DNA of 64,000 nt from Eledone cirrhosa. Its lineage: Eukaryota. The notes under the pieces were generated by a model, which had not been told where the DNA came from, did not search any database, and saw nothing but the letters and a program-made list of their open reading frames with translations. Of this stretch, positions 40,136 to 57,006 are shown piece after piece. The DNA is taken from the NCBI GenBank assembly GCA_964016885.1, contig OZ024742.1, positions 27,218,001 through 27,282,000 on the forward strand, written 5' to 3'. The position numbers and the translations under genes were made by a program. The stretch's first letter is position 1. The number at the start of each line of letters is the position of its first letter.

Positions 40136-40741
40136 GTGGCTGCCAACTCGTTTTCGAGTACGGCCACTACTTTATATCCTTGTAGGGAGAACTCCTACCG
40201 ATGCGCTGAACAAGTGTGACTTTTTAGTCCAGCCAGCGACTTGAAAACTCTGGTACAAACACTACACTTGTGACAATTATTGACACATAGTGCTGGGCCC
40301 ATGGTACCATGTGATGACAAGTGCAGAGAGATCTCCAGATATAAAGCAATGCCTGTGTCGTGAAGCTTTTATAGTGAGCAAAGGCACTGCACAAAGCCAG
40401 TCCCATTTTCTTAACCAAGATGATATTTACCAAAAAGAAGAACAAGTCAACATCATTGGATACCATCATGGTTGCAGGTGTTATATCAGAATTTTCCTTC
40501 TTGTAGAATTCTGCCTTGACAAAGGCTAAAGGGTCATCTCTCCCGGTGATTTTGGATGGCCATTGACTCTTAAGAGCCCCTTTGCCCTTTGACAGGTTTT
40601 GTTTTTAGTCCTGCAGGATGTCCAAAGTCACCCTCCTCACCAAGAAACCTTAGTGGGGTTGCCAGTTTCGTCGCCAACGACCCGACCATGAGACAGGTTG
40701 TACTGGGATACATGTTACCAGTAGCACCAACTGGTGACCTG

Positions 40742-40747
<6 letters not shown>
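40136..40747 (-). mobile_element. RTE-derived non-autonomous retroelement (apparently full-length)
   Basis: Colinear with 11934-12534 and extends ~40 bp further at the 5' end; flanked by (TA)n. Confidence 0.7.
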
Positions 40748-40810
<63 letters not shown>

Positions 40811-40903
40811 ATTCCGGGTTGAATCTGAGGTAACCACAGTAAGTAAGGTACTCAATACATAGCAGAGTATAAAAGTTTTAATATAGATGATTCTAATATA
40901 GAC

Positions 40904-40956
40904 GAGATTCCTGATGATTTCTAAAGAATGAAACAGTTCTAGTCCTGTAGAATCTC
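40904..40956 (+). ncRNA. Type I hammerhead ribozyme in a fold-back family D copy (40808-40971)
   Basis: gagattc-CTGATGA-t-ttc taaa gaa-t-GAAA-cag ttctagtc ctG-TA-gaatctc. Confidence 0.8.
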
Positions 40957-40967
40957 ATCTATATTAA

Positions 40968-41033
<66 letters not shown>

Positions 41034-41037
<4 letters not shown>

Positions 41038-41319
41038 ATAAAGAAAAAAAGATGAAATCGAAAATGCAACTGGAGTCTTATTTTTTTTTTAAATATATAT
41101 ATTTATTTGGTTCCTTTACCGGAAAACCACAGACCCTCCATCTCAACTCTACTTTTGAAAAGCAGAAGAGCTGCGAAACCGGTAAAGGAACCAAATAAAT
41201 ATATATATATATTTTTAAATAAGACTCCAGTTGCATTTTCAATTTCATCTTTTTTTCTTTATACTTTCACTCGTGTAGGACACCTCGGTTATTTTTCATT
41301 TTGTAAAAAAAAAACGCAC

Positions 41320-41325
<6 letters not shown>
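41034..41325 (+). mobile_element. Fold-back micro-element with a decayed HHR in the spacer
   Basis: Inverted arms at about 41040-41122 and 41179-41262, tail on the right; ctt-TTGAAAA-gcag aagag ctgc-GAAA-ccg-GTA-aag. Confidence 0.65.
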
Positions 41326-41394
<69 letters not shown>

Positions 41395-42189
41395 ATACTC
41401 TATAAAGCTTTGGCTTGTACCATTTATATATATATATATATATGGTACAAGCCAAAGCTTTATAGAGTATTAAATAGATCGAAGAACATATGCAGTTGTA
41501 TTCAGGTTTATTTCTATCTCTATGATACATATTTCGTTGATGTTTACGGCTAGATAGTTTTCTTTCTACCCATTGCACTAATCTCATCCCTTCAGATGAT
41601 ATAAAAATCTTTAATTCAAATATCACTTAACTTACAAATACGTAACAAATATTTTAACGTTTTTTATACACCTGCCTTCCTAGTTATAAACTGCAGTTTC
41701 AATACAATACACAAGTATATTTACCTTCAAAACATCGTTCATACCAACCAATGTCAGACTCACTTCATACCCGTTCTGTTTTTCAGTAAATTTCATGAAA
41801 GAGTGAAAGACTTTAACGATATCTTAAAACTGCTACCTACATATCTATATATATAATTATGTGTAAATGTTATAAGCGAACTAGATATACCTGACACTTC
41901 AATTTCAGGTTAGTGAATATGATGGGAGACAACAATTATATGAAGTAGTATCGATATACACGGATGTCGATTAAATCGATCATAACTCTTTCACTAGAGA
42001 TGTCTGGCATGATACCAAAATTTGAAGAAAAACAAAATCAATTCTATTATCCAATGTAACTTTGACAGGAGCAGCTATATCGTACTTTAATTAATCCATT
42101 TGTTAATTGTATTGAAACATTAAATTTAATCTCCTCCAGATGATAGTAATTAACTATTATTGTTTAGTAGCTACATTATTATCATTATT

Positions 42190-42742
42190 CGATTGGCAGT
42201 ATCCGTAGAACGTCAGACACACTGCATCGTGGCATAGAGTTATGGCCCTTTACGTTCTGAGTTCAAATCCTGATGAGGCTAACTTTGACTTTCTTCCTTA
42301 AGAGATCGATAAAATAAAGCACCAGTCATGTACTGGGGTCAATTTAATTGACTTTCCTCGTCCCCTGACCTTGTGCCTAAAATAGAAACAATTATTATTA
42401 TTACATCTTTATCTACGGCGGTGGATTCGCAGTATCGGTAGAGGGTCGGATGCCATGCTTTGCTGCTTAGAGTTCTGGCCCTTAATGTTCTGAGTTCAAA
42501 TCCCGCCGAGTTTAACTTTGCCTTTCATCCTTACCGGGTCGATGAAATAAAAGTACCTGTCATGCACTGGGATAGATTTAATCGACTTGCCCCTCCTCCA
42601 AAATGACTGGTCTTGTGCCTATATAAGAAACCATTGCCGAGGTTAACTTTGCCTTTCATCCTTACGGGGTCGATAAAATAAAGTACCAGTAATGCACTGG
42701 GATAATTGCTGGCCTTGTGCCTAAAGTAGAAACAATTATTAC
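42190..42742 (+). mobile_element. Tandem Meta-like SINEs (two near-complete plus a duplicated 3' half)
   Basis: A/B boxes at about 42195-42270 and 42417-42503; gtcgataaaataaagtaccag-type motif three times. Confidence 0.8.
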
Positions 42743-43220
42743 ATCTTTATGTAATTGAGCGCACCAGGAGAAATTTACTAATACAGCAGCAAAATTTATT
42801 ATAAAATCTGTATTTCTATGTCCGTCATGTCACTTAAACTCATGTTTTTACTACCCATAATATTCTGGACGACAAAATCATATTGAGATTTAAATGTTCT
42901 TGGCCATATATATTGTTGTATTATCAACTTATTCGAACTACATGTTTATATATACATATATAATTTATATTGTTATACTTGGGGAGGATCATATTGTTAT
43001 AATATTGCCAGAAATAATAACAGAAGACACTCACTGTTTGGTTAGTTTTCGCTTCTGTATCCTTTATACATGCATAGTTAATATATTTGGCAATCAAGTT
43101 GTGTTCTTCGTTTGTATTTTTTTTTTTAAATAATTTTTTATGGTTTCCCCTTAAAAATTTGTTTTTCATTTTGTTTTGTTTCCGCTCATTGTCTTGTCCT
43201 TTGTTAATTTTCTTAAGTTG

Positions 43221-43366
<146 letters not shown>

Positions 43367-43377
43367 GTATATGTATA

Positions 43378-43458
<81 letters not shown>

Positions 43459-43491
43459 GTGTATATGTATATATATATATATATATGTATA

Positions 43492-44940
<1,449 letters not shown>

Positions 44941-45309
44941 GAAAAGTAGAAAAGGAACGTAATGTTCTATACAAAACAGTGGAAATAGAGAAAAGCTAAA
45001 GTTGGAAATAACACGGAAAATATATTTAAGGGTCTGTTTTTCTTTGATTCTTGAAAGTGACATTTTTTGAAAAGATGACATTATTGAAAAAAATGAGAGG
45101 GACAATTCTTTTTAAAAAATGTTTATAGTGCATATAATGTATATAAAGTATTACGGGTTTCGATGCATTATTAAAATGAATCTTATCAAATGTTGAGTAT
45201 TGAAATAAAAAATTAAAAAGAATTAATAGGAGTTAAAAATTAAAAATTAAAGATTTAAAATTAACAGCGAATGTTAGAGTAAGTTTTTTTCCCAAATTTA
45301 TTGCTCAAA

Positions 45310-45420
<111 letters not shown>

Positions 45421-45439
45421 AATCTATCTCTCTCTGTAC

Positions 45440-45500
<61 letters not shown>

Positions 45501-45699
45501 TATAGATATATATATGTGTGTGTGTGTGTGTATATATAAAATCTATTTCTTCGATGCAATACATACAAAGGAAATTAATCATTATGGCAAGGTATCTATA
45601 TTCAAAGTTCTTGTTCAATATTTAATATGTTAACGCCGTAACTAGGTGTGTTTCCATTCTTAACAAATTATCACCTGTAATTGTTTCATGTGTTTATTT

Positions 45700-45780
<81 letters not shown>

Positions 45781-45903
45781 CATCCTTCTTTTGATTTGAT
45801 ATAAATGCGCGGATTTACTACTTGGAATCTTTGAGCATATTCCACATGTGGTATGGCGCATGATTCTGATATTCTCAGACATGACATTCTTAATATAATT
45901 TTG

Positions 45904-45939
<36 letters not shown>

Positions 45940-45967
45940 CATTTTTATATATTTATATATTTATATA

Positions 45968-46920
<953 letters not shown>

Positions 46921-47344
46921 ATGTGTGTGTTTATATATATATGCAAATTTTCAATAGTTAATGCGTAGTGTCGTAAGATAGTCAATCAATTTGGAGACTG
47001 ACGTAAAGGATACACACAAAACATACAAACAATTTCCGATATTCGGTCATCCGTTGATGGGAGATATCAAATAATACACAGATTTCTGTATATTAAGGTT
47101 GGTATCATCTATGTTCGGAATATACCACAGCAGCTGAACAAATTACCACAACATATTTTCGGAAATTGTCAGGATAAAGGGTGAGCAACCAAGCAAAATG
47201 ATTACTCACTGGACAGTTAGGAATAATCTGACGGAGTGCAATCGTTTGTTTGCATGAAATATTTAGCAGGAGAAAGAGAGGGAAATGAAAGTTACCTCAG
47301 ATGCATAAGCTGAAATGTAGATCAGTGAAATTTACATCTTGAGA

Positions 47345-47590
47345 AGGTGGGTAGCCTAGTAGTAATGTGGTTGAACTCAAGATCATTATGTCGTGGGTTC
47401 GATTACTTGACTGTTGTGTTCTTGAGCAAATCTCTTCATTTCACGTTACTCTAGTATAGTCAGCCGAAAATGAGTACCAGCAATAGCTGGTGATTTAATC
47501 CTGCGATGGACTTGTGAACTGTCCAGGGGAAGTTTTTAACTCTTAGTCGCATAACCACATGGGAATCGGTAGATGCACCAGCCTGGTGTG
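47345..47590 (+). mobile_element. tRNA-derived SINE with CORE-like and V-like domains
   Basis: tagcctagtagtaa..gggttcgatt..gtgttcttgagcaa..aaatgagtacc..cctgcgatggact..gtccagggg. Confidence 0.7.
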
Positions 47591-48195
47591 TCTCTGCTCC
47601 ACACTGAAACAGTTTTTAGATTTTAATTTGTAGCTTCGGGACCAGAAATATTTGAAAATAGAAGCAACTCAACAACAAGTTTAAATTATTTCTTATCAGA
47701 GAATTCGAACCTCTACACACTTCCAGCCCATTTCTAACATCAATTGACCCAAAGGTTAACCATTTAGTCACCAAAACTGAAATAAGATCGTTATGCTAAA
47801 GAAAATTGCTAAATGTTAAATTAAATATGAAAATATGGCAACGATAAAAAATATAATCGGGTGTGGCTTGAAAACATTTAACCGTTTAACGAGAAAGCTG
47901 ATGAATAAAATATGACTTATATGACATGTTCGAAATTCGGGTGGAGAATATAACCCTTATATACAAACATTCGAGATGAAAGGTTATATGTCCGTGTTTT
48001 ATCTCTTCAATGCAAACATAAAATGTGGGTGTGACATCGAGGCTATTTCAAGCGTAGGTGTAGTAATAAGGCTCTTTATATGCACACACATGCGTACTAA
48101 TACACGCCTAGCCGCTTTTATATATACACGCAAGCGTATAATACACATTTTGTCACATATAAGAATACGCGTACAAATGTGTATATGTAGAATAT

Positions 48196-48245
<50 letters not shown>

Positions 48246-48301
48246 AGAGTGTGTAAGTATATATGTGTGTGAGTACGTATTGGCGTACATATATGTGTGT
48301 G

Positions 48302-48337
<36 letters not shown>

Positions 48338-48759
48338 TAGGGAGATGAAGGAGAGAAAGAGAAATACTATGTCTAATCATACTTCGTTCGGAATTAAAAT
48401 CCCATTATTCCTTCTTTTTCTTCTTCTTTGCATAGTTATGGTTCTATTGATAATATATCTGTTTAGCCACAAGAGCAGTGAAGGAGAGACATTACAGAGA
48501 CATAAAATATAAATTATGAGAATGTTACACAATAACCGTATGAGTAAAATGAAAAGAGATACAGTTAATATAGAAAACAATATGCAACTTTCATGATACA
48601 ACTCTCCAGCTAAATATCTTATGTAATCTAACGATTGCAATGTCATGTCGTATTATTCATCCATGGCCAGTGACTAATCTTTTTGATTAGTTGTTCGTCA
48701 TTTATTCTATCTGTTTTCGAAAATTAGCTGTGATAACTTTTCAGAAATAAGAACCTCAG

Positions 48760-49265
48760 AAACCCACATTGGCACTGACCTCAACGAGTGCACGCCCTGT
48801 CCCCTTTTTCCTTCTCCGACTTAGAGTCTCATGCTGGAAGTAGAACCCTTCACTCATGTTTTATAATATTTAATAGAATTGAGCACCCTCTCTCCATTCT
48901 CAGTTTCATTTTCAAGTGAAACGTGAAGAAAGTCGATGAGAATTTTATCGAAGTGGAAAGTGTCTGTCCTCAGTTATCTCAACCTTGTCCATCAAAGGAC
49001 CTATTTTGCTATAGACACCAAGCAAGGAAAATTGCTGCCCTTCCCGATCAAAGAAGGGCTGTGTACTGATCTTTATTATGGATTCAGCCGTTAACCGGAT
49101 TTGTCCTACACAGGACATCAACGGTTTGAGTTACCTACACAGGTCAGTAATAACCAACCATTGAACCCGTGCAGGTAGCTCAGTTTCGTCACCTTTTTGT
49201 GCGTCTCAAAGAGTCCTCTCTGGCGACACTTTCATGCCTGAAGAGATTGTTGTGGAGATGGACTG
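48760..49265 (-). pseudogene. Decayed L1/Tx1-like ORF2 3' end related to 15239-15824
   Basis: The reverse complement translates LMSCVGQIRLTAESIIKISTQPFFDREGQ, aligning with LLSRVGRIRLSSESIVRIATPSSFSREGQ. Confidence 0.7.
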
Positions 49266-49992
49266 AAAATGGTGTAATAGTGATTGTGTATCTCCGTCTG
49301 GTTGATTATGTTCTAGTGGGTGCTTTTTTTTATTTTGTGGTTGCCGGCTTTCTTGTTTATATTTATCTTGCTGTTCCCGTGAAGCATTTACTGGAATGTA
49401 GGTAGATTAATTTGGGCTGTTTTTCTGGGTCTTTGTTTCGCCACCTACCGTTGATTGCTGTTTATTTTTTGTTTGTTTTTGTTTCCCGATGGCCTCCGTT
49501 GTTCAAATAATGATTTTCTTTTTGCTAAGTTCAACATCAACCAACATCCTTCTACCATATTGTATTGATAGCGTAAATGTATGTGGCCTTGTGATTAGTG
49601 ATGTTTGGTTCACAATGATAAAGTCATCAGTTAGGTTATTAACAACGTGTTGTCTCCTTGAACAGGAGAGTTTATTTCATGTTGCTCCAGTCCACTCAGA
49701 TTACTAACGTGAGTTGTACTGTGTTACCAAGGGCTAAGTATCTCACACGTTGTGTCACATTCAATCTTCCTTAGAATTATGTTAAGGGTAGGCGTTTCTA
49801 TGGAATGCTCAGTCACTTACAAGTTGACAACCACTAACAGAATTTTCCGTTATTCGAACAACTGGAACACTCGTCGTCGGAAATATCGGAGGTACAATAA
49901 ACATTCAAACACACTCACACTTACACACGTGCATCAATGTCTATATATATATATATACGACTATATATATATATAGTGTAGTAGTAGTATAC

Positions 49993-50050
<58 letters not shown>

Positions 50051-50719
50051 TAGTAGTATTTGTGCTAACCATATGTTCGTTACTGCTGAACTCAGCAATC
50101 TCTCCTATAATTATTTCCCGCCTTTATTAAACTGACATTTATCGGCGACCATTACAAAAACAATCATATTGTATTTTATGTTCTCTTATATTTATTAGGT
50201 TTTCATTTTTTTTTTCTTTCGAAAGTGAAGCTTTGCTATTATTACAGTGCAGATGTATTAATAATGCATTAGCGCTAACATAATAGGGTTTGACAGGTAT
50301 ATAAATATTTATGATAGATAATTACACTAAACCTTGACGGTCGACAATAATAAATTGAGTATATAACGATATATAGCAAGCCTGTAATGGCTTGGTGTGT
50401 CTCAGTGTGTGTGCGTGGGTGAGAGTGTATGTGTGTGTGGTTGTGGGGATGGATGTGTGCGTGTTTGTGATAACTTTGAAAATTTCAACTTATTTGCTAC
50501 ATTGGGTTTTTCATATTCACTGATCTGCTATATACGTATCTACAACACTTTATATATGATCCAGTAACTCGTGGTGGAGTCGTAAAGGCGCCATATTAAC
50601 ATACGGCATTTATTCTATATTTTTAAATCTGACTGAGCCAAAACTTTCCAGGTCTGAGCACAACAAATTTAGCCCAGAGGAGGAGAGAAAATAAAAGTAA
50701 GTGAGAAAGTAAACATACA

Positions 50720-51210
50720 CAAGTATTATCCTGGTATGTTTTTTATTGAGGATGAACGGCAAAGTTGACCTCAGCGGGATTTGAAAACAGAGCAGAGAGC
50801 AGAAACGAACACCGCAAAGCACTCTATCCGACGTTCTAACGACTCGGCATATTTCCCGGCTAAACATCAAATATGTATATTTATATAGACCTGTAATACC
50901 TGGAGGAGCCGTAGGTGTGCCATATTTACATACTGCATTTCTAAGGCATTTTAAAACCTGGCGGTACCCATCACCTCTTCTGGTTTGAATGCAGCAGGTT
51001 TCTTCCAGAGAAGGATAGAAAATGGGGGAGAGGAAGTGAGAAAGAGATATAGAGGAAGAATCGATCCCAGTAATAGACTGGTATGTTTTTATCGACCTTA
51101 AATGGATAAAAGGTGAAGTTGACCTCAGGGGGGATTTCAACTCAGAGAACAGAAAGAATATCGCAAAGCACTCTATCCGACGCTCTAAGGACTCTGCAAA
51201 TTCACCGCCA
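50720..51210 (-). mobile_element. Two Meta-like SINE copies (about 50720-50860 and 51060-51210)
   Basis: ctggtatgtttt..aagttgacctcag.gggattt..gcaaagcactctatccgacg.tctaa.gac in both. Confidence 0.7.
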
Positions 51211-51539
51211 ATTATTCAAATATAAAGACAAATAAATAAAACTCGAGTCAAGTCAAGATATCGATTCGTCAGAAGTATTATACAAATGTTTCCTCAAATT
51301 ACTTAACCATTTTTAAAAGGGGGAAGAAGCAAATATTGGACAATGTGAGTTAAAATAAACGGGGTGGGTCATGGCTGAATTGTCTCCAACTTAGGTCTTC
51401 TTCAATAAAGATGATTTGGTGATAAACAACAATAAAAATAATAGAAACAAATGAGAGATAATACTTCTGTAGCTTATTCTGTTTTAGTGATATTTATTGC
51501 AAATTCCTCTTTTTCAACGATATTATCTCCCCGTCTTTG

Positions 51540-51644
<105 letters not shown>

Positions 51645-51882
51645 CACTCTCTCTCTCTCTCTCTCTCTCTATTTTGTCTACAAACATAAAACACAAACGC
51701 ACTCACACGCATACACATACATACACACACACGCACACATATATATATATATATATACGTTTAAGGACCTACCTTGTCGAGTGCTTTGCTAACTCATTCA
51801 TATCGTAGGTCGAATTCGCTTGCACACCGCCAAAGATTCGATTTTTCTAAGCCTCCAATTATATATATATATATATATATAT

Positions 51883-52226
51883 AACACGAAGTGTATGTCA
51901 ACAGGTTAAAATAAACTCATGTGAAAACATGCTTTCAATTCCTCGGATGAATAACACCACACTCCGGATGTGAGCATATCAACGAATTAACAAGGTAAAA
52001 ATATATTCCAACATTATCTTTTCTTGTTTTTCCTGTTCAAGTTCTAGCTGCCAGATGAGGTCATAAGTGTTGAATAATGGTTATCACCCAAATATATATA
52101 GCAGCGAATATGAATAAACGAAGTTAATTTTAACCTGTTGATTTACACTTCCTGTTTTTACATTACTCCGGAGTAAAGAGACCCTCCTGCGCACTTCGTT
52201 GAGTGCTCTAACCTGCATACTGAAGA
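51883..52226 (+). mobile_element. Old family 1 relative with a decayed HHR (52047-52105)
   Basis: gctgc-CAGATGA-ggt..acc-CAAA-tatat-ATA-gcagc; tail actccggagtaa..ctgcgcacttcg..ctgcatactga. Confidence 0.65.
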
Positions 52227-52307
52227 TATATATATATATAAGGGTGAAAGCAGCGATTTTTGCTTAGACTTTAATCTGTTATTTTAATATATATATATAT
52301 ATATATA

Positions 52308-52820
52308 TTAGAATTGGTGCTCTGAAATAGCGATGTATATATGAATGTATATATAGTGTATTTTGCAATACACTGTATGCTTAATTAAAAGCATTTTGAA
52401 GATCTTACGCTATTGTTTTAAAGTAGTGACAATGTCACTTATTTCTATTCTCAGCAAACAAGGGGAGATAAGCTGACAGAGTTCTGTTTCGTACTTGTTG
52501 GTACTTATCAAACTCAGCACTCCTCATGAATGTTGGATTCTTATAGAATTCCAGTAATAATCAGGAACACCGGAAACCGCTCTGTATAATCAGTTCCTGA
52601 TTATTACTGGAATTCTATAAGAATCCAACTTTCATAATTTTCAGCAGGCAGGAGGAGTGCTGAGTTTTTATAAGTACCAACAAGTACGAAACAGAGCTCT
52701 GTCAGCTTATCTCCTCTTGTTTGCTGAAAATAGAAGTAAGTGACATTGTCTCTACTTTAAAAGAATAAGGTCTTCAAAATGCTTTTAATTAAGCATACAG
52801 AGTATTGGAAAATACACTAT
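52308..52820. mobile_element. Family F fold-back copy
   Basis: Inverted arms at about 52350-52568 and 52593-52820. Confidence 0.75.
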
Positions 52821-52915
52821 ATATATATATATATGCATATATATATTCATATATATATGAAATAATTAAGTCAAATATGTAAAATTTGGCTTCGTTTATT
52901 ATAAATTATAGATAT

Positions 52916-52970
52916 ACTGCTATATATATTTCGGTGACAGCCATCATTGGCTGTGACCTCTTCGGGTAGT
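52916..52970 (-). ncRNA. Hammerhead motif, CCGAAGA core variant
   Basis: Reverse complement: actac-CCGAAGA-ggtcacagcc aatgat ggctgtcacc-GAAA-tatat-ATA-gcagt. Confidence 0.6.
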
Positions 52971-53308
52971 CCGAATTGGTGTGGTAAAGACAGATACACA
53001 TATTGTTGAAGTGTGTTTTACTCCGTCTATACATCGATATGTCCAACTCTTGGTTGTGTTGTTATTTCTCTGAGGAACTGGAATCATATGAGTTAGAACA
53101 AACGAATTTCGGCGTCATAGGACATGGTAGCATTCCATTGACCAATGGGATGCGAGCGTGTCCTATGTCGCCGAAAATATGTGTTCTAACTAAATATGTG
53201 TTTCCTCAGAGAAATAACAACACAACCAAGAGTTGGACATATCGATTTATTGACGGAGTAAAACACACTTCAACAATATGTGTACCTGTCTCTACCACAC
53301 CAATTCGG

Positions 53309-53363
53309 ACTGCCCGAAGAGGTCACAGCCAATGATGGCTTCAGCCGAAATATATATAGCAGT
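53309..53363 (+). ncRNA. Hammerhead motif, CCGAAGA core variant
   Basis: actgc-CCGAAGA-ggtcacagcc aatgat ggcttcagcc-GAAA-tatat-ATA-gcagt. Confidence 0.6.
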
Positions 53364-53721
53364 ATATCTATAATTTATAATAAACGAAGCCAAATTTTAC
53401 ATATTTGACTTAATTATTTTATATTACTACGGAGTAACAAACCAAGCTGCGTACTTCGTCAAGTGTTCCAATCTGCATACTGAGGTGTCGGTAAACAACC
53501 AACATATACTCAATATATATATATTTGTATATACGTGAAAAAAAGGAAAAGAATGACCTCACTTGTAGTTCTAAATAATTTGATTTAATTTTATAATAAT
53601 ATGAGTTGGTAGATCTAGTAAGTTCTTTGTTAACTTCGGTGGGAAGAATTTTAAAGATTCCCCGTTAACTTTCTTGGAGAACTTTCTTGCATTCATCGGT
53701 GGCGATTGTCAAACTGAAACA

Positions 53722-53812
<91 letters not shown>

Positions 53813-53822
53813 TCTCTCTCTC

Positions 53823-53922
<100 letters not shown>

Positions 53923-53958
53923 TAAAAAATGGCAGCTGTGTTGTTACAATTAAGTATA

Positions 53959-54352
53959 ATAAATGAAGAATTAGAAATAGAAGTTAGGAATATCCGTCAT
54001 CAGTTGTCTACTAGCCATCATAGGTATTTCTTCGCATTACAGACAATATACCTCCAGCTAGGGCGATACAATAACCAAAATAAGTTATTGGGATAAAAAG
54101 AGTTGGGTGGAGAAAGAGAGACATGTAAACAAACACGAATGGTGAGGCAACGTAAAGAGAGGAACGTTACCTCACCATTCGTGTTTGTTTACATGTCTCT
54201 TTTTCTCCATCCAACTCTTTTTATCCCAATAACTTATTTTGGTTATTGTATCGCCCTAGCTGGAGGTATATTGTCTGTAATGTGAGGAAATATCTATGAT
54301 GGCTAGTAGACAACTGATGACAGATATTCCTAACTTCTATTTCTAATTCTTC

Positions 54353-54358
<6 letters not shown>
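53959..54358. mobile_element. Fold-back element with ~195-bp arms and a ~10-nt loop
   Basis: Near-perfect palindrome between TA tracts. Confidence 0.8.
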
Positions 54359-54404
<46 letters not shown>

Positions 54405-54421
54405 GGGGGGGGAGGGAGAGA

Positions 54422-54452
<31 letters not shown>

Positions 54453-54825
54453 GAGGGAGAGTGAGAGAGATAACGACAGAGTGAGATTTATTAAAACAAC
54501 TTGTGGTGTCAGTTAGGTACAGTTATTTCGCTAGCCATCTATCTCAAAGTGGTAAAGAAACAATTGAACCTAAAAGAAACCATATGTTAGTTTAATAAAT
54601 ATCTCTTTTACGGAAAATCTTACCACAGATTCACTGTCCTCAGAACTATGAATATTTTATACCAAATTATGCTAATATATATACATTGTCTCTTTCATCG
54701 AAAGCGCGAACCGAATAACAGTAATTGTTTTTGTAGCTCTATGCTTGTCATTTTATTATATATTTATGTTTATATATACATTATTTATACACATACACAT
54801 ATGAATAAATAAATAAACATATATA

Positions 54826-55028
<203 letters not shown>

Positions 55029-55239
55029 CGTTTCTGAATTTGTTTAGCAAGATTCTTTATCTGAAATCGTGTGTTGAAACCGATATTGTTATACTTTGGG
55101 AGGGTCATGTTGCCAATAAGAAACACACGCACCAGCTGCTTTCACTTCAATTTATTATAATAAATTTATAAATTTATAAATTTATAAATTTCTGGTTGGT
55201 TGGTTGGTTGGTTCCACACCCAGATAGTTGTTTAGACAT

Positions 55240-55284
55240 AGTCATAGTTCTTTCGTCACACACTCTGTGACCTCTTCAGTGACT
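55240..55284 (-). ncRNA. Minimal type I hammerhead ribozyme
   Basis: Reverse complement: agtca-CTGAAGA-g-gtcaca gagtg tgtgac-GAAA-gaa-CTA-tgact. Confidence 0.85.
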
Positions 55285-55388
55285 GGGGATTCCTTTCTTT
55301 GTTTCTGTGCCTCTCCTTTGTTCTGTCCTACGCCATTTTGTTTCTGTGTGTGTGTTGTGTGCTCAGTCTGCGCATGCGCCACAGTTCT

Positions 55389-55988
55389 AAAGAACTAGGA
55401 ACAAGGCTAATAGAATAAACTCATGGTATGATAGCAATAAATACCAGAGTGTAATGTTCATCGATACAACTCCTAGAGGGGAATTAGCTTACAAATTTAG
55501 AAGGGCCCTAAATAAACATAAACTCAATATTAAGATAGTAGAAAGACCAGGTACCTCCGTAAAAACACTTATTAGCAAGACATACCCTTTTCAAAGACCC
55601 TCATGTATAGATAAGAAATGTATAACCTGTAAAATAAGCCCCCATATTAACTGTAAAACTAAAAATGTAGTGTATAGCATAAGATGTACTGAAGGACAAT
55701 GTAGAGACAAAAATATAGTGTACATAGGTGAGACAGCTCGTAGTGTAGGAGAACGGATAAATGAACACTGGCGAGACCTTCAAGATAGTAAAGAATCATC
55801 TGTACTCTACCAACATGCTTAAATAGAACACAGGGGTAAATTAGAGAACATAGAAATAAAAATAGAATCTACACACAGAAAAGACGCAATGTTTAGACAA
55901 ATTACAGAGGCAATAAATATAAAAGAATTACAACCAAAATTAAATAGAAAATATGAGTGGAACAGCAACATCACAACTTACAATTAAG
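55389..55988 (+). pseudogene. GIY-YIG endonuclease fragment of PLE B with a premature stop
   Basis: Same peptide as the 8356-9414 C-terminus; AAA is changed to TAA at 55820-55822. Confidence 0.85.
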
Positions 55989-56187
55989 GACAAAATGAAA
56001 ACACACACACACATAGAACAAACAACCAACCAGTAACATGTAAATAAACAAATAAATAAATGAACATAAACACACACAGACACCCGGATGTGGCGCATGC
56101 GCAGACTGAGCACACAACACACACACAGAAACAAAATGGCGTAGGACAGAACAAAGGAGAGGCACAGAAACAAAGAAAGGAATCCCC

Positions 56188-56232
56188 AGTCACTGAAGAG
56201 GTCACAGAGTGTGTGACGAAAGAACTATGACT
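56188..56232 (+). ncRNA. Minimal type I hammerhead ribozyme
   Basis: agtca-CTGAAGA-g-gtcaca gagtg tgtgac-GAAA-gaa-CTA-tgact. Confidence 0.85.
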
Positions 56233-56403
56233 ATGTCTAAACAACTATATGGGTGTGGAACCAACCAACCAACCAGAAATTTATAAATTTATGAATTTAT
56301 TATAAATTTATTATAATAAATTGAAGTGAAAGCAACTGGTGCGTGTGTTTCTTATTGGCAACATGACCCTCCCAAAGTATAACAATATATATATATATAT
56401 TTT

Positions 56404-56545
<142 letters not shown>

Positions 56546-56820
56546 GAGAGAAAGAGAGAGAGAGAGAAATATACACGGGTGTGTATGATTGTGTATAGAA
56601 GATTATAAAAGGAATTCCAACTTTGTCTGATTTACTCGTTTTATTTACAATCTTTTAAAATTTATAATGGTATTAGAATGAAATAGTATGGTAGAATATT
56701 AAATGTTAAGTGTTAATTGAAAGTACTTTCATGCTTTCGCAATCTTCAGGTTCATAATGTATGGTGACAGTCAAGTTTGCAATGCAATCATGAATGGACC
56801 TCTTATTTCTGTTTACTTTT

Positions 56821-56941
<121 letters not shown>

Positions 56942-57006
56942 ATATATATATAATTGTAATAAAATAACAGGAGGCAGGACTTGTGTAAATCCTTGAAAGA
57001 CTTATT

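Larger units (their letters stand above)
52860..53512 (+). mobile_element. Family 1 fold-back element with an HHR on each strand
   Basis: Palindrome 52860-53419 centred near 53142, tail 53420-53512. Confidence 0.85.

Noticed and set aside
47690-47775. tRNA-like A/B boxes on the minus strand
   Set aside because: No cloverleaf; more likely a decayed SINE head.
54286-54330. GAAA..TA..CTGATGA as a type II hammerhead
   Set aside because: Stems I and II do not pair convincingly.
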